From assembly GCA_033442325.1 (NCBI GenBank), contig JAWQFM010000002.1, positions 1,853,629 through 1,917,628 of the forward strand: a stretch of 64,000 nucleotides of DNA. Direction: 5' to 3'. Positions 1-53,235 of the stretch are shown piece by piece; position 1 is the first letter of the stretch; every line of letters starts with the position of its first letter. The stretch comes from Salpingoeca rosetta. Its lineage: Eukaryota; Protista; Choanoflagellata. The position numbers and the translations under genes were made by a program. The notes under the pieces were generated by a model. That model saw nothing but the letters and a program-made list of their open reading frames with translations. It was not told where the DNA came from and searched no databases.

Positions 1-2
1 AC

Positions 3-33
<31 letters not shown>

Positions 34-98
34 CACGCACACGCGCGCGCACACACACATGCACACACACATGCACGAATATGGACAGGCAACAGTAC

Positions 99-16708
<16,610 letters not shown>

Positions 16709-17140
16709 CTCCGATGATGTATGTGGTCGGTGTGCGTTGAATGTGATGTGAAGCGAAAAAAAAATGGTGTGCAGCACGCGCACCTGCGACTGCTGCGACT
16801 GCTGCACGCAGCTGTGTCGACGAATGGAGCACTTGTTTGCTTTGGTGCTTCTGCGCACGCAGACGAAGCACGCAGCACGCACAATATGGGGGATCGCACC
16901 AAACCAAACCACAAAAACAAAATGCGTAGGAGTTTGAAGGGCGTTGGACGTATGGGAGCCGCGGTTGCTTGCGGTGCAGTGGAGTGACAGTACTACATGA
17001 TATGCTGTCGTGATGGCTCAAGGGCTTCATCGAGAATTTGTGGAAGATTTCACAGCATTTTGCTCGCAGGCAACGCACAGCTTGCTTGTTGTTGTTTGTT
17101 GGTTGGTGTTTGGTGTTTTGCGCGCACGCAGCAGGCGAAG

Positions 17141-17562
17141 ATGATGATGATGGCAACAACACGGTGTTTGTGTTTGTTGGTTGTGGTGGTGGTGGTGGCG
17201 GTGGTCTTGGGTGGTGGTGGCGGTGGTGGGCTGGTGTGGGCAAAGCCTGGTGGCGTGTGCACGCCTTCAACGGGAAGAGAACCTGCACCGCCACGTGCCG
17301 AAGATGGCATCTTCTTTGTGCAGACAGCAGAGGACATTGACAACCTTGTTGCAGACTGCACCACCTTGGATGGCAGCTTGGAGGTGGTGTGTTCCGACAG
17401 CTCCATCTCCTCGCTGGAGGTCTTTCACACTGTCACGGAGGTCACGGGCTACGTCCGCATCGAGGGCTGCCACAACCTCACAGACCTCAACGGCCTTCGA
17501 AACTTGAACAGTGCGTCTGTGTGTTGTTGTTAAGTTGTTGAGTTGCTGTTTTTGTGTGTGTC

Positions 17563-17649
<87 letters not shown>

Positions 17650-19273
17650 TCTCGTTCCTTTTTGTGCAACGAAAAGCAAGAGCAGTGTTGAAGAGTTGTT
17701 GCCTTTGTGTTGTTTGAGTGTGTGTGTGTGTGTATTTTGCGTGTGTTTTGCGTGTGTGTTGCTGTGCTGTTGTTGACTTGCTTCCTGCGGCTTCCCGTTC
17801 CTTTTTGTGCGACGAAAAGCGACAGCAGGTTCATGCTGACCCCTCTGTCTGCATTTGTCTTCTAATTCTATGTAACAATGTAACGTACTTTGACGACGGC
17901 TTGTGTGCTCTCGCAGAAATTGATGGCTCCACGCTGTATGACATTCCCAATCAACAACAGGGCTTTGCCCTTCTCATCCGCAACAACGACGCCCTTATGA
18001 GCCTCCGTAAGTTGGTTGAGCGAATTGCGCCTTCTATTCTCCTGCCCACTTGCTCTCCCACCCTCCCTGTTGTCATGTTCTCGTGCTCTCGTGCCCTTCT
18101 GTTGGCACACCAACTGTCTGCACCACAGCCGTTAGCATACGCTGACTGATTGTGTGAAGCTCACCCACCTCGCGCTCGTTTGTGCAATGATCGTGGTGTT
18201 GCTTGCTGTCGGCTGTATGCTTTGTTTTCTCGCTGTTTCTTTGGTCGACCTGTGCCTGTGGTGACCGTGCCTCCTGCTTTGATAGACGGCCTGAACAACC
18301 TTCGGCAAGTCTCTGGTCCTGGATCGCTCGGTCTTGGTCGTGTTGGCGTTCTTCTCAACGAAGACCTCTGCTATGCAGATGCGGTACGTCTTCGTCCCCT
18401 TGTAGTGTTACTGTCGACAAGCGCCTGTGTTTATGATGCAGCAACCAGCCACACATCTTCCCAAAGGCCCAAGCAAGCGAATATGTACTGGGATTGCCTC
18501 GAGTGGCAGCACCACCTGATACTCTTGTCCTTACCCCTTTCCGACTGCAACTTGGGGTTTTCATTGTCCCTACCCTTAACCCCCCCCCCCACTCACTGTC
18601 TGTCTCCGTTTCTGCTGTTCAGGTTGACTGGAGCCGCGTTGTTGGGCACGATCTTGTGTATCGCGTCCTGGATACCACAGCATCGTCGCCAACCACATGC
18701 GCCTCTGCGGCGTGCCATTCCGCGTGCTCGTGCGGAAGCTGTTTCGGTCCCGAGAAAGAGGACTGCCAGAACCGCTGCACCGCCAAAAGCAGCAGAAACA
18801 CTTACATTGTCATTGCTGTCGTCGTCTTCTGCCTCGTCTTTGGTGAGGTTGCTCCGCCATGCAACTGGTGTTGCATACCAGATTACCGCCACATACCCAG
18901 TGTGTCCCGTTTTCCCTTCAGCTTGGCACATATACTGCAGAGAAGCATGCACGCTTGGCTGCCGGGGTTTTTTTTCACCCTGTATCATGCTAAACTCACA
19001 CAATGGCAATCTGCTTCTTCTTCTTCTTCTTCTTCTTCTTCTTCTTCTTTACTACCATCTATTGCACCACACGTGCACCGCACTTGCACCTTTTACTTTT
19101 CGTATTCACCAGGCGTGGCCGTATGGGCACTGTGGATGTGCGTGACAAACCGCTGCGGATGTCGTCTGCGCTTCAAGTCCAACACATATCAGCTGGGCGT
19201 GCTTAAAGATTCTGGCCGCCGGATGTCGCAGCTCTCCTCCAAGCGCGGCTCTGTGTCAACGATGCAACGGTGA
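17141..19273 (+). CDS. Single-pass membrane protein with receptor L-domain plus furin-like Cys-rich module (EGFR/insulin-receptor ectodomain-like), no kinase domain
   Basis: Hydrophobic N-terminus, then CTTLDGSLEV...VTEVTGYVRIEGCHNLTDLNGLRNL...IDGSTLY...FALLIRNN...LNNLRQV...GRVGVLLNEDLCYADAVDWSRV, then CHSACSCGSCFGPEKEDCQ, then TM YIVIAVVVFCLVFGVAVWALWMC and a ~43-aa tail. Stop at 19271-19273; five exons. Confidence 0.8.
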
Positions 19274-19942
19274 GGCATCAACATCGTGCTGCACTGCACT
19301 GCACTGCAGTGCACAGCTGTGCTGTTACGTTATGGCTGTATTGCAACTACGCGTTTGTTTCCATGTTGTGTGTGTGTGTGTGTGTGTGTGCTGTGAATGC
19401 GTGGTAAAATGGCGCCACAATCAACACCTTGAGCTTGCTGCAGCTGTTGTTCTGGATTTCGGTGTCCGTCGTGGTACCGCCGACTGTATTTTGACGGTGT
19501 GGTCTCGGCAATGCTGACAATACCGATCTGATTCAATTCATTGATTGTACTCCTTCAGAGATCCTATTGCCGGTCAAGCTGCCCGTATGCGCCACCTTCA
19601 ACGTACGCGTGTGTGTGTGTTGAATGTGTGAGCGTGAGTTTGAGTGTGTGTTGAATGTGTGAGTGTGAGTGTGAGTGTGACGTTAGTTGTCGTTCCGTTG
19701 TTGCAACATGGCTTCCAGCTCACTTCCTGTGTTCGTGGGTCACCCCTCCCGCCCCCATACACACACGTGTGATCTGCTCCAATCTTGCTTGCTTGCATGC
19801 ATGCACTGTTCTTTGTTGTGCTCATGTTGTCATCGTTGCCACATGCGTCTCACCTTGTTCGACATGTTTGCCAATGCAGAGAGCATGCGTCGCAACTCAC
19901 GGCGAGTGGCGCCGCTTCCAGAATAACACAAGATGGCACAGC

Positions 19943-20029
<87 letters not shown>

Positions 20030-20129
20030 NNNNNNNNNNNNNNNNNNNNNNNNNNNNNNNNNNNNNNNNNNNNNNNNNNNNNNNNNNNNNNNNNNNNNNN
20101 NNNNNNNNNNNNNNNNNNNNNNNNNNNNN
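20030..20129. other. Assembly gap (100 N) flanked by (GT)n and (CA)n
   Basis: Run of N directly in the sequence. Confidence 0.99.
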
Positions 20130-20208
<79 letters not shown>

Positions 20209-20237
20209 AAACAAACACACACGCATTTGTAGGGTGT

Positions 20238-20614
20238 TCAGACGACGGGGGGTTGGACCTCGAGTCTGTCGAGCTCATCGGTGATGTTTGAGCGGCAGGT
20301 TGGGCAGGTGGGCACCGACTGCAGCCACTCATCAATGCATTCCACATGGAACACGTCTGTTGAAGCAACACAACGGTGTCACGATGTGATGTGGCACACG
20401 AGTCAGTCTCCACAAAGCAAGCGTTGTTGAGGTGGGGTCGGCGTGCATGCAGCCTCGAACCTCAAACACACGCACACAACCGCAATCGCCACAGACGCGC
20501 GGATACACAGACACACAGACACACAGACACACACACACACACACACAGACACACACACAACACACAGACACACACACACACACACAGACACACACACACA
20601 GACACACACACACA

Positions 20615-20652
<38 letters not shown>

Positions 20653-21887
20653 AATGAAACGTACGGCGGCAGGGCAGTCGGCGCACGTGCTGGTTCTCCT
20701 CAAACTGCTGCAAGCACACGGCACACGCCTCGCCAATCTCTAATGGATGTTGACGCAGGGCAAGAAGGGAAAATGGGGGAGCGAAGCGTTACCACGCGCC
20801 ATCGGAACAATACAGAGGAATCAGAGGGACAGAACGAGAAACGCACGCACACGCACGCACACACGCACGCACACACACACACACACACGCTGCTTGTATG
20901 TGTTTGTTCGACACCTTCATCGGTGGAGGTCAAGGTGTGGTCGACAAGGCGGTCAAAGAGGTCTTGCGGGTTGTATGCGGGTTGTGCTGGACCGACACTC
21001 CCGTCAAATGCAAACGAGAACTGCATGCAGTCGCGCAAAGGAAAGCGCGTGGTGGTGTTGCGTGAGAATTGCCGCACACACGCACACACACACACATAGG
21101 ACACAATCACATGCACATGGGATACAGGGGTGCGCACGCATGCACATGAGACCATGGCAGTGTGCACATTGGGCACAAACGGGTAAATGAAGTACTTACG
21201 GCTGGCAACAGTGACGTCAGCAGGTCGACAGTGAATGCGCTAACACGAGGGGTCATGCAACGACGCAGCGAGACAGAACATGAGCACAAGAATCAAAGCG
21301 TGGCGCACGTGTGCATGTGTTGTGTGTGTGTGTTGTGTTGTGTGTTGTGTGTTGTGTATGCATGCGAATTTCTTTTCGTACCAACGGGCACATGCACGAG
21401 ACACACGAGTGTTCACTCACGGTGGTGGATGAGGGTGGTGAACGTGGCTGCTCCAAGTTTGACAGGCGAACATGCAGGTCAACAAACGCCACAGTGAAAG
21501 GCCGAAAACAAAACACGTCAGGCAGACACAGACACAGACACAGACACAGACACAGACACACAGACATACACGCACAAAAAACAATGCACAAAGTCATCGA
21601 CACACTGCGTGAGCATAATGCGGCACAGCGGTACGTCACAGGCAAGGGCAAAGATGCAAGCAAAATGGCCATCCTGACAAGCTAACTTACTCGTGCGAGG
21701 CAACCTCGGGTTCACCCGAGCGCAGTGTGTGAATGGGGCGCCTGGCATGATGATGATGGTGGTGGTGGTGATGGCGAAGAGGATGTTGAGGGTGCATGTG
21801 AGGCCCGCCATGACCCGGCGGCATCATAGATTGCAGGAAAAACGGCGCTGGTTGTTGTGGTTGCTGCTGCTGTTGTTGTGGCTGGCG

Positions 21888-21927
<40 letters not shown>

Positions 21928-22651
21928 GGTTGCTGTTGGTGTGGTTGTTGTCGACCAAGACTGGCACGCTCTTGCGCCCGCCGATGTTGTTGCTGGGCCA
22001 GATTGGTAAGAACCGATGCAGGCAAAGGAGGCGCTGAAGATGGCGAAGTCGTTGCCGATGTCGGTGCAGAAGAGGACGACAGCGTCCACGACAAACTGTG
22101 GGAAGAGCGGCTCGTGGGACTGGCACGCGCGCTGCTGGAGCTGCGCTGCGGCGGTGCCGTGGCTTGCGTTCCTGACGCGCGCGCCGTGCGCGACGCGCGT
22201 GCTGTGCGTTGTGCGCGCGCTGTTGACGCCTGCGGCGCGGAAGCCACCAGTTCCACGATATTATCCTGGCATGACGGGCATCGCGTGCTCTGCACCACAG
22301 GGCGCGCGCGCGTACGTGTGTCGTGTGTGTGGTGTATGCATGAGTGCACAGAACCCAAAGCAGTCACGGCACATGGCACAGAGAGACACACAGAGAGAGA
22401 GAGAGAAACAAACGCACACACATACACAGAGAAACACACGCACACAGACACACACACACGCACACACACACACACAGAGAAACACACGCACACAAACAGA
22501 CACACACACACACACTCTCTCTCTCTCTCACATGTCGACAAACAGAGAGAGACACACACACACACACACTCTCTCACACATGTCGACAAACCTCTGGTGA
22601 TGTCGAGGCTTCAAAGTGTCGCGCACACTTGTGGCACCAATAACGCGCCAT
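20238..22651 (-). CDS. RING-H2 E3 ubiquitin ligase, RNF115/RNF126-like
   Basis: N-terminal zinc ribbon [13 protein letters not shown]...[11 protein letters not shown], a low-complexity polyQ/His-rich middle, and a C-terminal [19 protein letters not shown]...[23 protein letters not shown] at 20238-20240. Confidence 0.85.
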
Positions 22652-23127
22652 GATGGCAGGTTTGTGTTGGTCGTCTTGTCGTTCGCTGAATTTGCCGCTT
22701 GGAAGGTTGTGTGGCAAAGGCGAATTTGCCAACAAAATCACACACAAACACAACTGCTTGCAGAAGCAAAGCAACTAACCAACGATTTCGCATTTCCACT
22801 CCGTCAACCAACCTCATCTGCAGCGGTTCGCGATTGCTTCTTTGCTTGGCTTGGGCTTGGCTTGCTGCTGTTTGCACTGCTGCTGCCCCCCTCGTGTTTC
22901 TGCGCGTGTGTATGTGCAGCGGTGCGTCCGACATCTGAGGCATCTCACTGCAGTGGTGTCTGTTTCTCCTCACTATCACACACACACACACACACACCCC
23001 TCACGCGTACACGCGCATCATTTTCCACTCGCCCGTCCACTGCCACAACCAGCAGCACATCAAACTCCAGACAGTCCAGTACGTCTCAACAGTCAGGAAG
23101 AAGCAAAGCTTACCAACGGAAGCCAAG

Positions 23128-27988
<4,861 letters not shown>

Positions 27989-28071
27989 TCATTCCACACC
28001 CTTCCCCCTCTTGCGGCTTTTGTCCCGTGCATGCATGTCGTGTGCCATGCAATGCCCGTGTTGCCTTGATG

Positions 28072-28077
28072 AATAAA
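28072..28077 (+). promoter_or_regulatory. Putative polyadenylation signal (AATAAA) of PGM
   Basis: AATAAA about 84 bp downstream of the PGM stop codon. Confidence 0.45.
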
Positions 28078-28204
28078 ACGCGCCGCCAACACACACCAGC
28101 CAAAAACAGCAGAATCCTTTGTGCGATTTTTCTGCGGTGTTTGTTTGTTTTGGTTTGTGGCGACATCGCGACTGCTGGCTCCTTCGCGAAACCCCAAAAC
28201 AAGG

Positions 28205-42469
<14,265 letters not shown>

Positions 42470-42605
42470 GCCACTGCAAGTTTGGACGTTTCTCGAACTC
42501 TGTTGTTAATTTTCGCGCGTCGCGCTTGGTGTTGTTTTGGCGCCCGCCACTTCCTGCCACAAACACAACACGGCATTCCACCACACTGCACTCACACTGC
42601 ACCCC

Positions 42606-43544
42606 ATGATGGCTGTTCGACGCGGCTCGCAGCAGCAGCGCACGAGCAGCGAGTTCCTGCCTTGTTACACGAACCTCTGCGCTCAGCAGGTGTGCTGCTT
42701 TCCCTGTTTGAAGTGCTTTTGACTTCCCTTGTGTGTTGTTTGTTGTGCTTATTTGTTTGTTTGTTGGGTGCCGTTGTTACACGTCCCAAGGTTGCACCTT
42801 CTGTTACCCTCCTACGTGATGGAGTTTGTTACACGCTTGCCGTGGCTTGATGAACCGTGACAGTGCTTGTCATGAAAGACACGAGCGCAAGAAGGCCGGT
42901 GGTGTGCGGTGGTGGGCCATGGCGAGTCACGGGGAGCCCACTGAGAGACACAATGCAATCCATCCAACCCTTTGTTGAACCGGATACACTCGCACGCTAG
43001 CTTACGCGTGTACATGTGTGTGTGTGTGTGTGTGTATGCGTGTGTATGTGTGTGTGTGTGTATGTGTGTGTGTTTTGGTTCCGGTTGTGACCCCCCGCTT
43101 TTGTGTGCTTCTTTGCTTGCTTGACGTGAAACAGGGGGTGTGCCCAATCAACTCCATGCGCGCGCACAAGGCAAACATCACCAGCTCGTGTTTGTCGGTG
43201 AGTGTTTCCGTGTCAGACACAGGGTGCTGATGTGCATGCATACGGCTAAACCCTGCCTCGCGCATTCCCCAAGCGCACGCCGAGTGTTCATTTCCCCTTC
43301 CGTCCACCTTACTTCTTGTCTGTGTGTGCGTGTGTATGTGTGTTTTGCTCGACAGATCAAAGTGGATCGGTTGCAACCAGAGGACTGGTATCCGCTGCTG
43401 GACGCACTGAAGGTGGGCTTGTTGGCTGGCCAGTGGTCCTTGCTTCAGAGGGTGAGGGAAGGGAGCGTGTGAGCCAGGGGGTAAATGATGCTGTGACAGA
43501 CAAGTAGGCAGACAGTCAAGATGCACACACACACACATGAGAAC

Positions 43545-43607
<63 letters not shown>

Positions 43608-44046
43608 CACACACACACACATAACGCTGCTCACACGGTTTGATGCTTTGCCAATGCAGTGCAACGCATCCTTGAAGACCGTGTCACTGCGCTCCATTTG
43701 GTTTCAAGTGCATCGGACAAGTATGTCATGCAAGGCGTGCATGCTCTTCATCACCGCTCCATCAGTGTTGGTTTGGTCCACACACCCACTATCTCTCCCC
43801 TGTGTGCTGGATGGATATGTGTGCTGCAGAGGAAGACGAGAAGGCGCGACGACAGAACCGTGGGCTACTGGCGCCACACCTCCGTCAACCACCCAGTATC
43901 CACAACTCTGATGCAACCTACGATCTTGCAAAGTGCGCACTTGAAGAAGCAGGACTTACAACCGTCGACAATCGACTGCGGTTGTGTGCACATGCCATCA
44001 AACAGCCACGCCACTGTTCATCACAAGCTCACGCGCGTGCGAATGT

Positions 44047-44137
<91 letters not shown>

Positions 44138-44914
44138 GTGTGTGTGTGGTCACGTGAACACGACAGGGCGTTGAAGAGCATGCTACTGCAAAACAACTTT
44201 ATCACCCGCCTAGAGCTCGTCGGTATCCCCTTTCGCCGCCGTGACCTGCGCATCCTCTCCCAGGTGCGCACGTATGCGTCATCACCTGGATCAGGCGCAC
44301 ATTCTCGCTACACACACGCACACACACGCACACTCATGTACACTCATGCACACACACACACACAATTAGCGAAGCTTTTTCACGCACTCACCCACGCCAA
44401 TGTGCACGCGCATGTGTGCATCGACAGGGGATTGCGCGCGCACCACTGATGACTCTTCGCATCAGCGACTGTCTTCTCGACAACCAACACTGCGCAAGTG
44501 AGTACACTGAGGCTGCAACACACTCAACTACAAACCGAAATCGAGCACATTACTTAAGCAGCCCGCCTTATGTTGATACCCTCTTCCTCCTTGCCTATAT
44601 TCTTTGAAGTCACTTCACTCACCCCAAACACCATGGCACTCTCGCCACCCTCCCGCGTCGCCAGTCCTGTGCGATGCGCTGCAGGTGTCGACGACGCTGG
44701 CAACGGTGGATTTGAGCCGCAACGCGTTTACCACGCGCGGGCTGCGACATGTGCTCGATGTCATCAAGTCACAGGAAGCAAACAGGGGCGCCACGGCATG
44801 GCACACGTCGCTTCGCGGCCGCCAGCCGGATATGCGCGTGTTTTCCGGTACGATAGACAAGCGTGATGCTGCTGCTGCTGCTGCTTCCGATGATGATGAT
44901 GCTGCTGCTGCTGC

Positions 44915-44998
<84 letters not shown>

Positions 44999-45848
44999 CG
45001 ATTGCTGTGCGACACACCGCATGTTGTTATGTTAACCCTTGTTTCCAACCCTCCTCTGTGCACCTGCACACACACTCACCCACACAACACACACAACACA
45101 GGCATTCTCAACCTGGACCTGAGCGACAATCCGCTGCTTGGCGATGAAGCCGTGGAAGAGCTGTACAACGTTCTCGTTGACGACCTCTGGCTTCTCCGTA
45201 CGTCATGTTATGTCGTCTCATGTCGTGTCATGTCTCGACACACATGTGTTCGCGTGCTCAGCTGTTTGCCACAGGAGTGTTTTGTTGTTTCATCCTGCGC
45301 ATGCATTTCTGTCAGCACGCTTGTCATACGCACACAGTCTGTCCCTTATTACCCCGACACTCACCTTCTCACACGCACCTACGCATCCTGTGGCGTTCAG
45401 GGCTGTCGCTGCGCGGGTGCGGAATCACCAGCGCGTCTGCGCATCTCCTGCACACACTCATGGCCAAAAACTCAAACCTCATCCACGTTGACCTGACGGA
45501 AAATCAGCTCTGTCAGTCCCCGCCTTGCGAGGCCGTGTCATGTTCTCGCAGCTTTCGTGTGCACGCACCCATGTCGTTGAGTCTGCCATCACGATCACAC
45601 AAACACTCACAGGCACACTTACACACACACTGGCACACACACACACACTCATGCCTTACAGCGCAACTGACGCTGGACACATGTGAGCGGCACCTGGCGT
45701 TCAATCGCGGGGAAACGCGCAATCGTCCCTGGGAGGAGCACCAGATTGCTGCCAAACACAACTGGGCCGCACTGCACACTGTGAGCCACTCGCTCTTGTC
45801 CATTCGTGACTGTCCCTCGTGGTGTGTGTGTGTGTGTATGTGTGTGTG

Positions 45849-45880
<32 letters not shown>

Positions 45881-48163
45881 CGGCTGCAGTGTACTCTCGT
45901 TTCACCTGCGCCAGCAGCCATCCCATCGCGTTGACCCGTCTCCATATTGCTCCTCCTTCCTCGTTTCCTCGTAGGATTCTGCACACGAGACAAAACACGC
46001 AGCGCCCTTTGGCGCAACTACAGCCAGCAGGAAACAAGCCATCCCAAAGGCCAACAAGAAGAACCGCAAGAAGAACGCCAAGCCACGAAGGTGTGGTCTT
46101 CAGATGCTGCTTCTTGTACGCTCTTGCGCGCTGTGTGGGGGTTTTGGTGGGTGTTGCCGCGCGAGGGTTCGACTGCACGTTACCAAAGCGGTGCATGGCT
46201 GGTTTGTCTTGTCCTCCCTCGAGTCCTGCCATTGCGGTTCTCTCACGCCCCGCTCACCTTCCCCCACACATGTTCCCTTCTTCATCTTGCTTGTGCCACT
46301 GGCCCCTATATATGTGCACGCTCTCCTTGCACCGCAGACCGCAGCCATCAGTGCGAAGAGCAGCGCGAACGGGTCCTCGCTCGCGTGACCAGCGTGTGAA
46401 CATCCGCACAGAGCGGCCGGCACAGCAGCACGCGCGGGGAGCAAACGGAAGAAGTGGGAGAAGCGGTGCTGCTGGACCCATGGCACGCCACTCCTCTCGC
46501 CACCACGTGCACCACGACCACAACCGCGACGACGACCACAGCAGAGACAGTGGCAGTGGCAGTGGCGGTGGTTATGCCCTGCCTCATCATCATCGTCGTC
46601 ACCGTGGTGGCGGCGAGGAAGAAAGCGAAGGGCGGATGCGACAACGCGTTGAGCAGGAGCTGGTGGAGGAGATTCGCGCACATGCACGCGGCGTTGCGGG
46701 ATCGGCCACCTCCACCGCTGATGATGGCGCCAGCGTGCCCGGGCGTGGTGCCAGCAGTGGGTACAGTGATGAGTTTGACGATGACGATCACCAACTGGCA
46801 TCGGCCAAGGCGATGGTGAAGGGGCACGCCTTTCTTGCTGCCGACCGCGTGCACCACATCAGCAACGCAGGACAACGCGATGGTGCTCCCAACGCTTTCC
46901 CGCACACCACGGATACCGCATCAGCATCAGCAGCGGCGGCCGCAGCAGCGACAACAACGGCACCAGCACACCACCCGCCGCAACCTGATGGAGCACCTGC
47001 ATTCGAGGGCGACGAACAGCTGTCGCATGCACGGCGATCCTCGCAACAGATGCTGACCAAGTACGGAATGCTGCACCGAGATGGCAGCAGCCGGCGCGGG
47101 GCTGCAAACGGCCAAGTGCTTGACCACGGCGTTGGTGCTGACGTTGGCGGTGTGGAGGGCGACGACGGCGACGTGTCTGTGAGCGTTGATCGCGAGTTGC
47201 ATCATCTCGACGAGGCCGACCGCCGCATTGACGAAACGCTGGAGCATCTCGAGTCGGGACGGCAGCGCCTGCGCCAGCGGCTCGATGCGTCCTCCTCCCG
47301 CCTCTCGGACTCGCTCGCCAGCGTGCGCCGTCTTCTCCGCCAGCCCGTCGCCCCCACCCGCACCGGTACACGCGCGCGGGGCGTCGCTCACGATGGCGAT
47401 GATAGCGGTCGCAATGATCGCCATCATGACCACCACGGCCGCCAGCAGCAGCGCACAAAGCACGGTGCCCGCGTGTCCGCACTGCCGTCGTCGTCCACGC
47501 GAAGTTCGGCGTCAGGCGCTGGCGACGACTCGTTTGATCGCCCCGCCCTCTCCCTACGCGATCTCAGGGCTGGACCGCCAACGCCGCAGCGCATGCACAC
47601 GCACCATCGCCACTCGCACCGTGGTGGTGATGCCGGCAGCAGTAGTGGTGGTGGCACGGAGAACCACACCACCCAGCGCCAATCGCTGTCGCAGATTGCG
47701 CGACTGAAGAAGGAACTTCTTCGCATCTCCAGCGCAGGCGCCGCAGACTCTGGTGCGCTGTGATGTGCCTTTTTTTTTGTGCTGCTCTGTGATGTTGCGT
47801 GTGATTGCTGGGTATAGTCACTCGCGTGCTCGTGGTGTTGTACGATGTACTCACTACGTGTATGCGTGACGCAAAATGCGTGTGTGTGTGCGTTTAGGCG
47901 AAGAAGACGACAAGCTGATGGCCATTGAGGAGTCCATTCGTCGTCTCCATGGACTCCTGGACCGAATGTCCACACGTGAGTGTGCGTGCGTGCTCGTGCG
48001 TGTGTGCGCGCGTGTGTGTACGTCCATGCGTAGCTCTTTGCCTTTCTGTGCGCGTGTGTTCGTGACTGCGCATCTGTTCTTTCTGAGTTTCGTTGCCACC
48101 ACCCTTGAACACCTCACCGAACCACGCTGTTTGCTTGTCATTGGCAGAGATGAGATGAGGTGA
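42606..48163 (+). CDS. CEP78: Centrosomal protein CEP78-like (N-terminal LRRs, long low-complexity C-terminus)
   Basis: MMAVRR...EFLPCYTNLCAQQ|GVCP...VDRLQPEDWYPLLDALK.NASL...LELVGIPFRRRDLRILSQG...AWHTSLRGRQPD...LLGDEAV...DDLWL-RLSLRGCGIT. This matches the CEP78 N-terminal pattern as I recall it (DW.PLL..LK.N, W..SLR.R.PD, EDLWLRALDL..CG.T). The final acceptor and stop are approximate. Confidence 0.82.
44915..44998 (+). repeat. (GAT)n trinucleotide microsatellite in a CEP78 intron
   Basis: About 28 perfect ATG/GAT units; source of the poly-M/D/H/I/S pseudo-ORFs in the track. Confidence 0.95.
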
Positions 48164-48531
48164 TGAACGAACGACATCAACAATCACGCCGCCAGCGCAA
48201 CTGCCAATTGAATTTCGTGTCCTGTCCCCAATTTCCACTTACCACTTATGGCCCACATTCGCGCGGCAGCACGCTTCTGTACAACTTTAATATTTGCACG
48301 ACGTGTACAAACAAGGCTGTTGGGTTTTGGGTTTCTGTTGCACACTGGGAGAATGGACGTTGCGCAGTTTAATGTGCAGTCTCACACTTTGCTCTGAGTC
48401 TACAATGTACACACAAACCTCTAAAGTGATGATGCAACGAACAGCAACAATAACAAGCGCACACATGCACACAAACGAACTGTCGAGGGAGTGTGTGCGC
48501 GCGTGTGCGTGTGTGTGATGGCGATTGGTTA

Positions 48532-50591
<2,060 letters not shown>

Positions 50592-50771
50592 TGCCGCTTT
50601 GGCTGAAATCTATGTAAATCACCCAAAACTCCTCCCAACTTCGTTGACCCAGAAGCAAATGAAGACACAAGCAAGCAAAGCAGAGTGGAATGCCTCACAA
50701 TCTGAACACCCGAAGTGAACACCTGCTCACCTGAACAGCTCCCACTCATTCACATCACCCATGGCGGCAGC

Positions 50772-53235
<2,464 letters not shown>

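Noticed and set aside
45205-47763. 852-aa ORF as a stand-alone gene
   Set aside because: It is a chance read-through of CEP78 exons and stop-free introns (it contains CVCVC/HTH runs).
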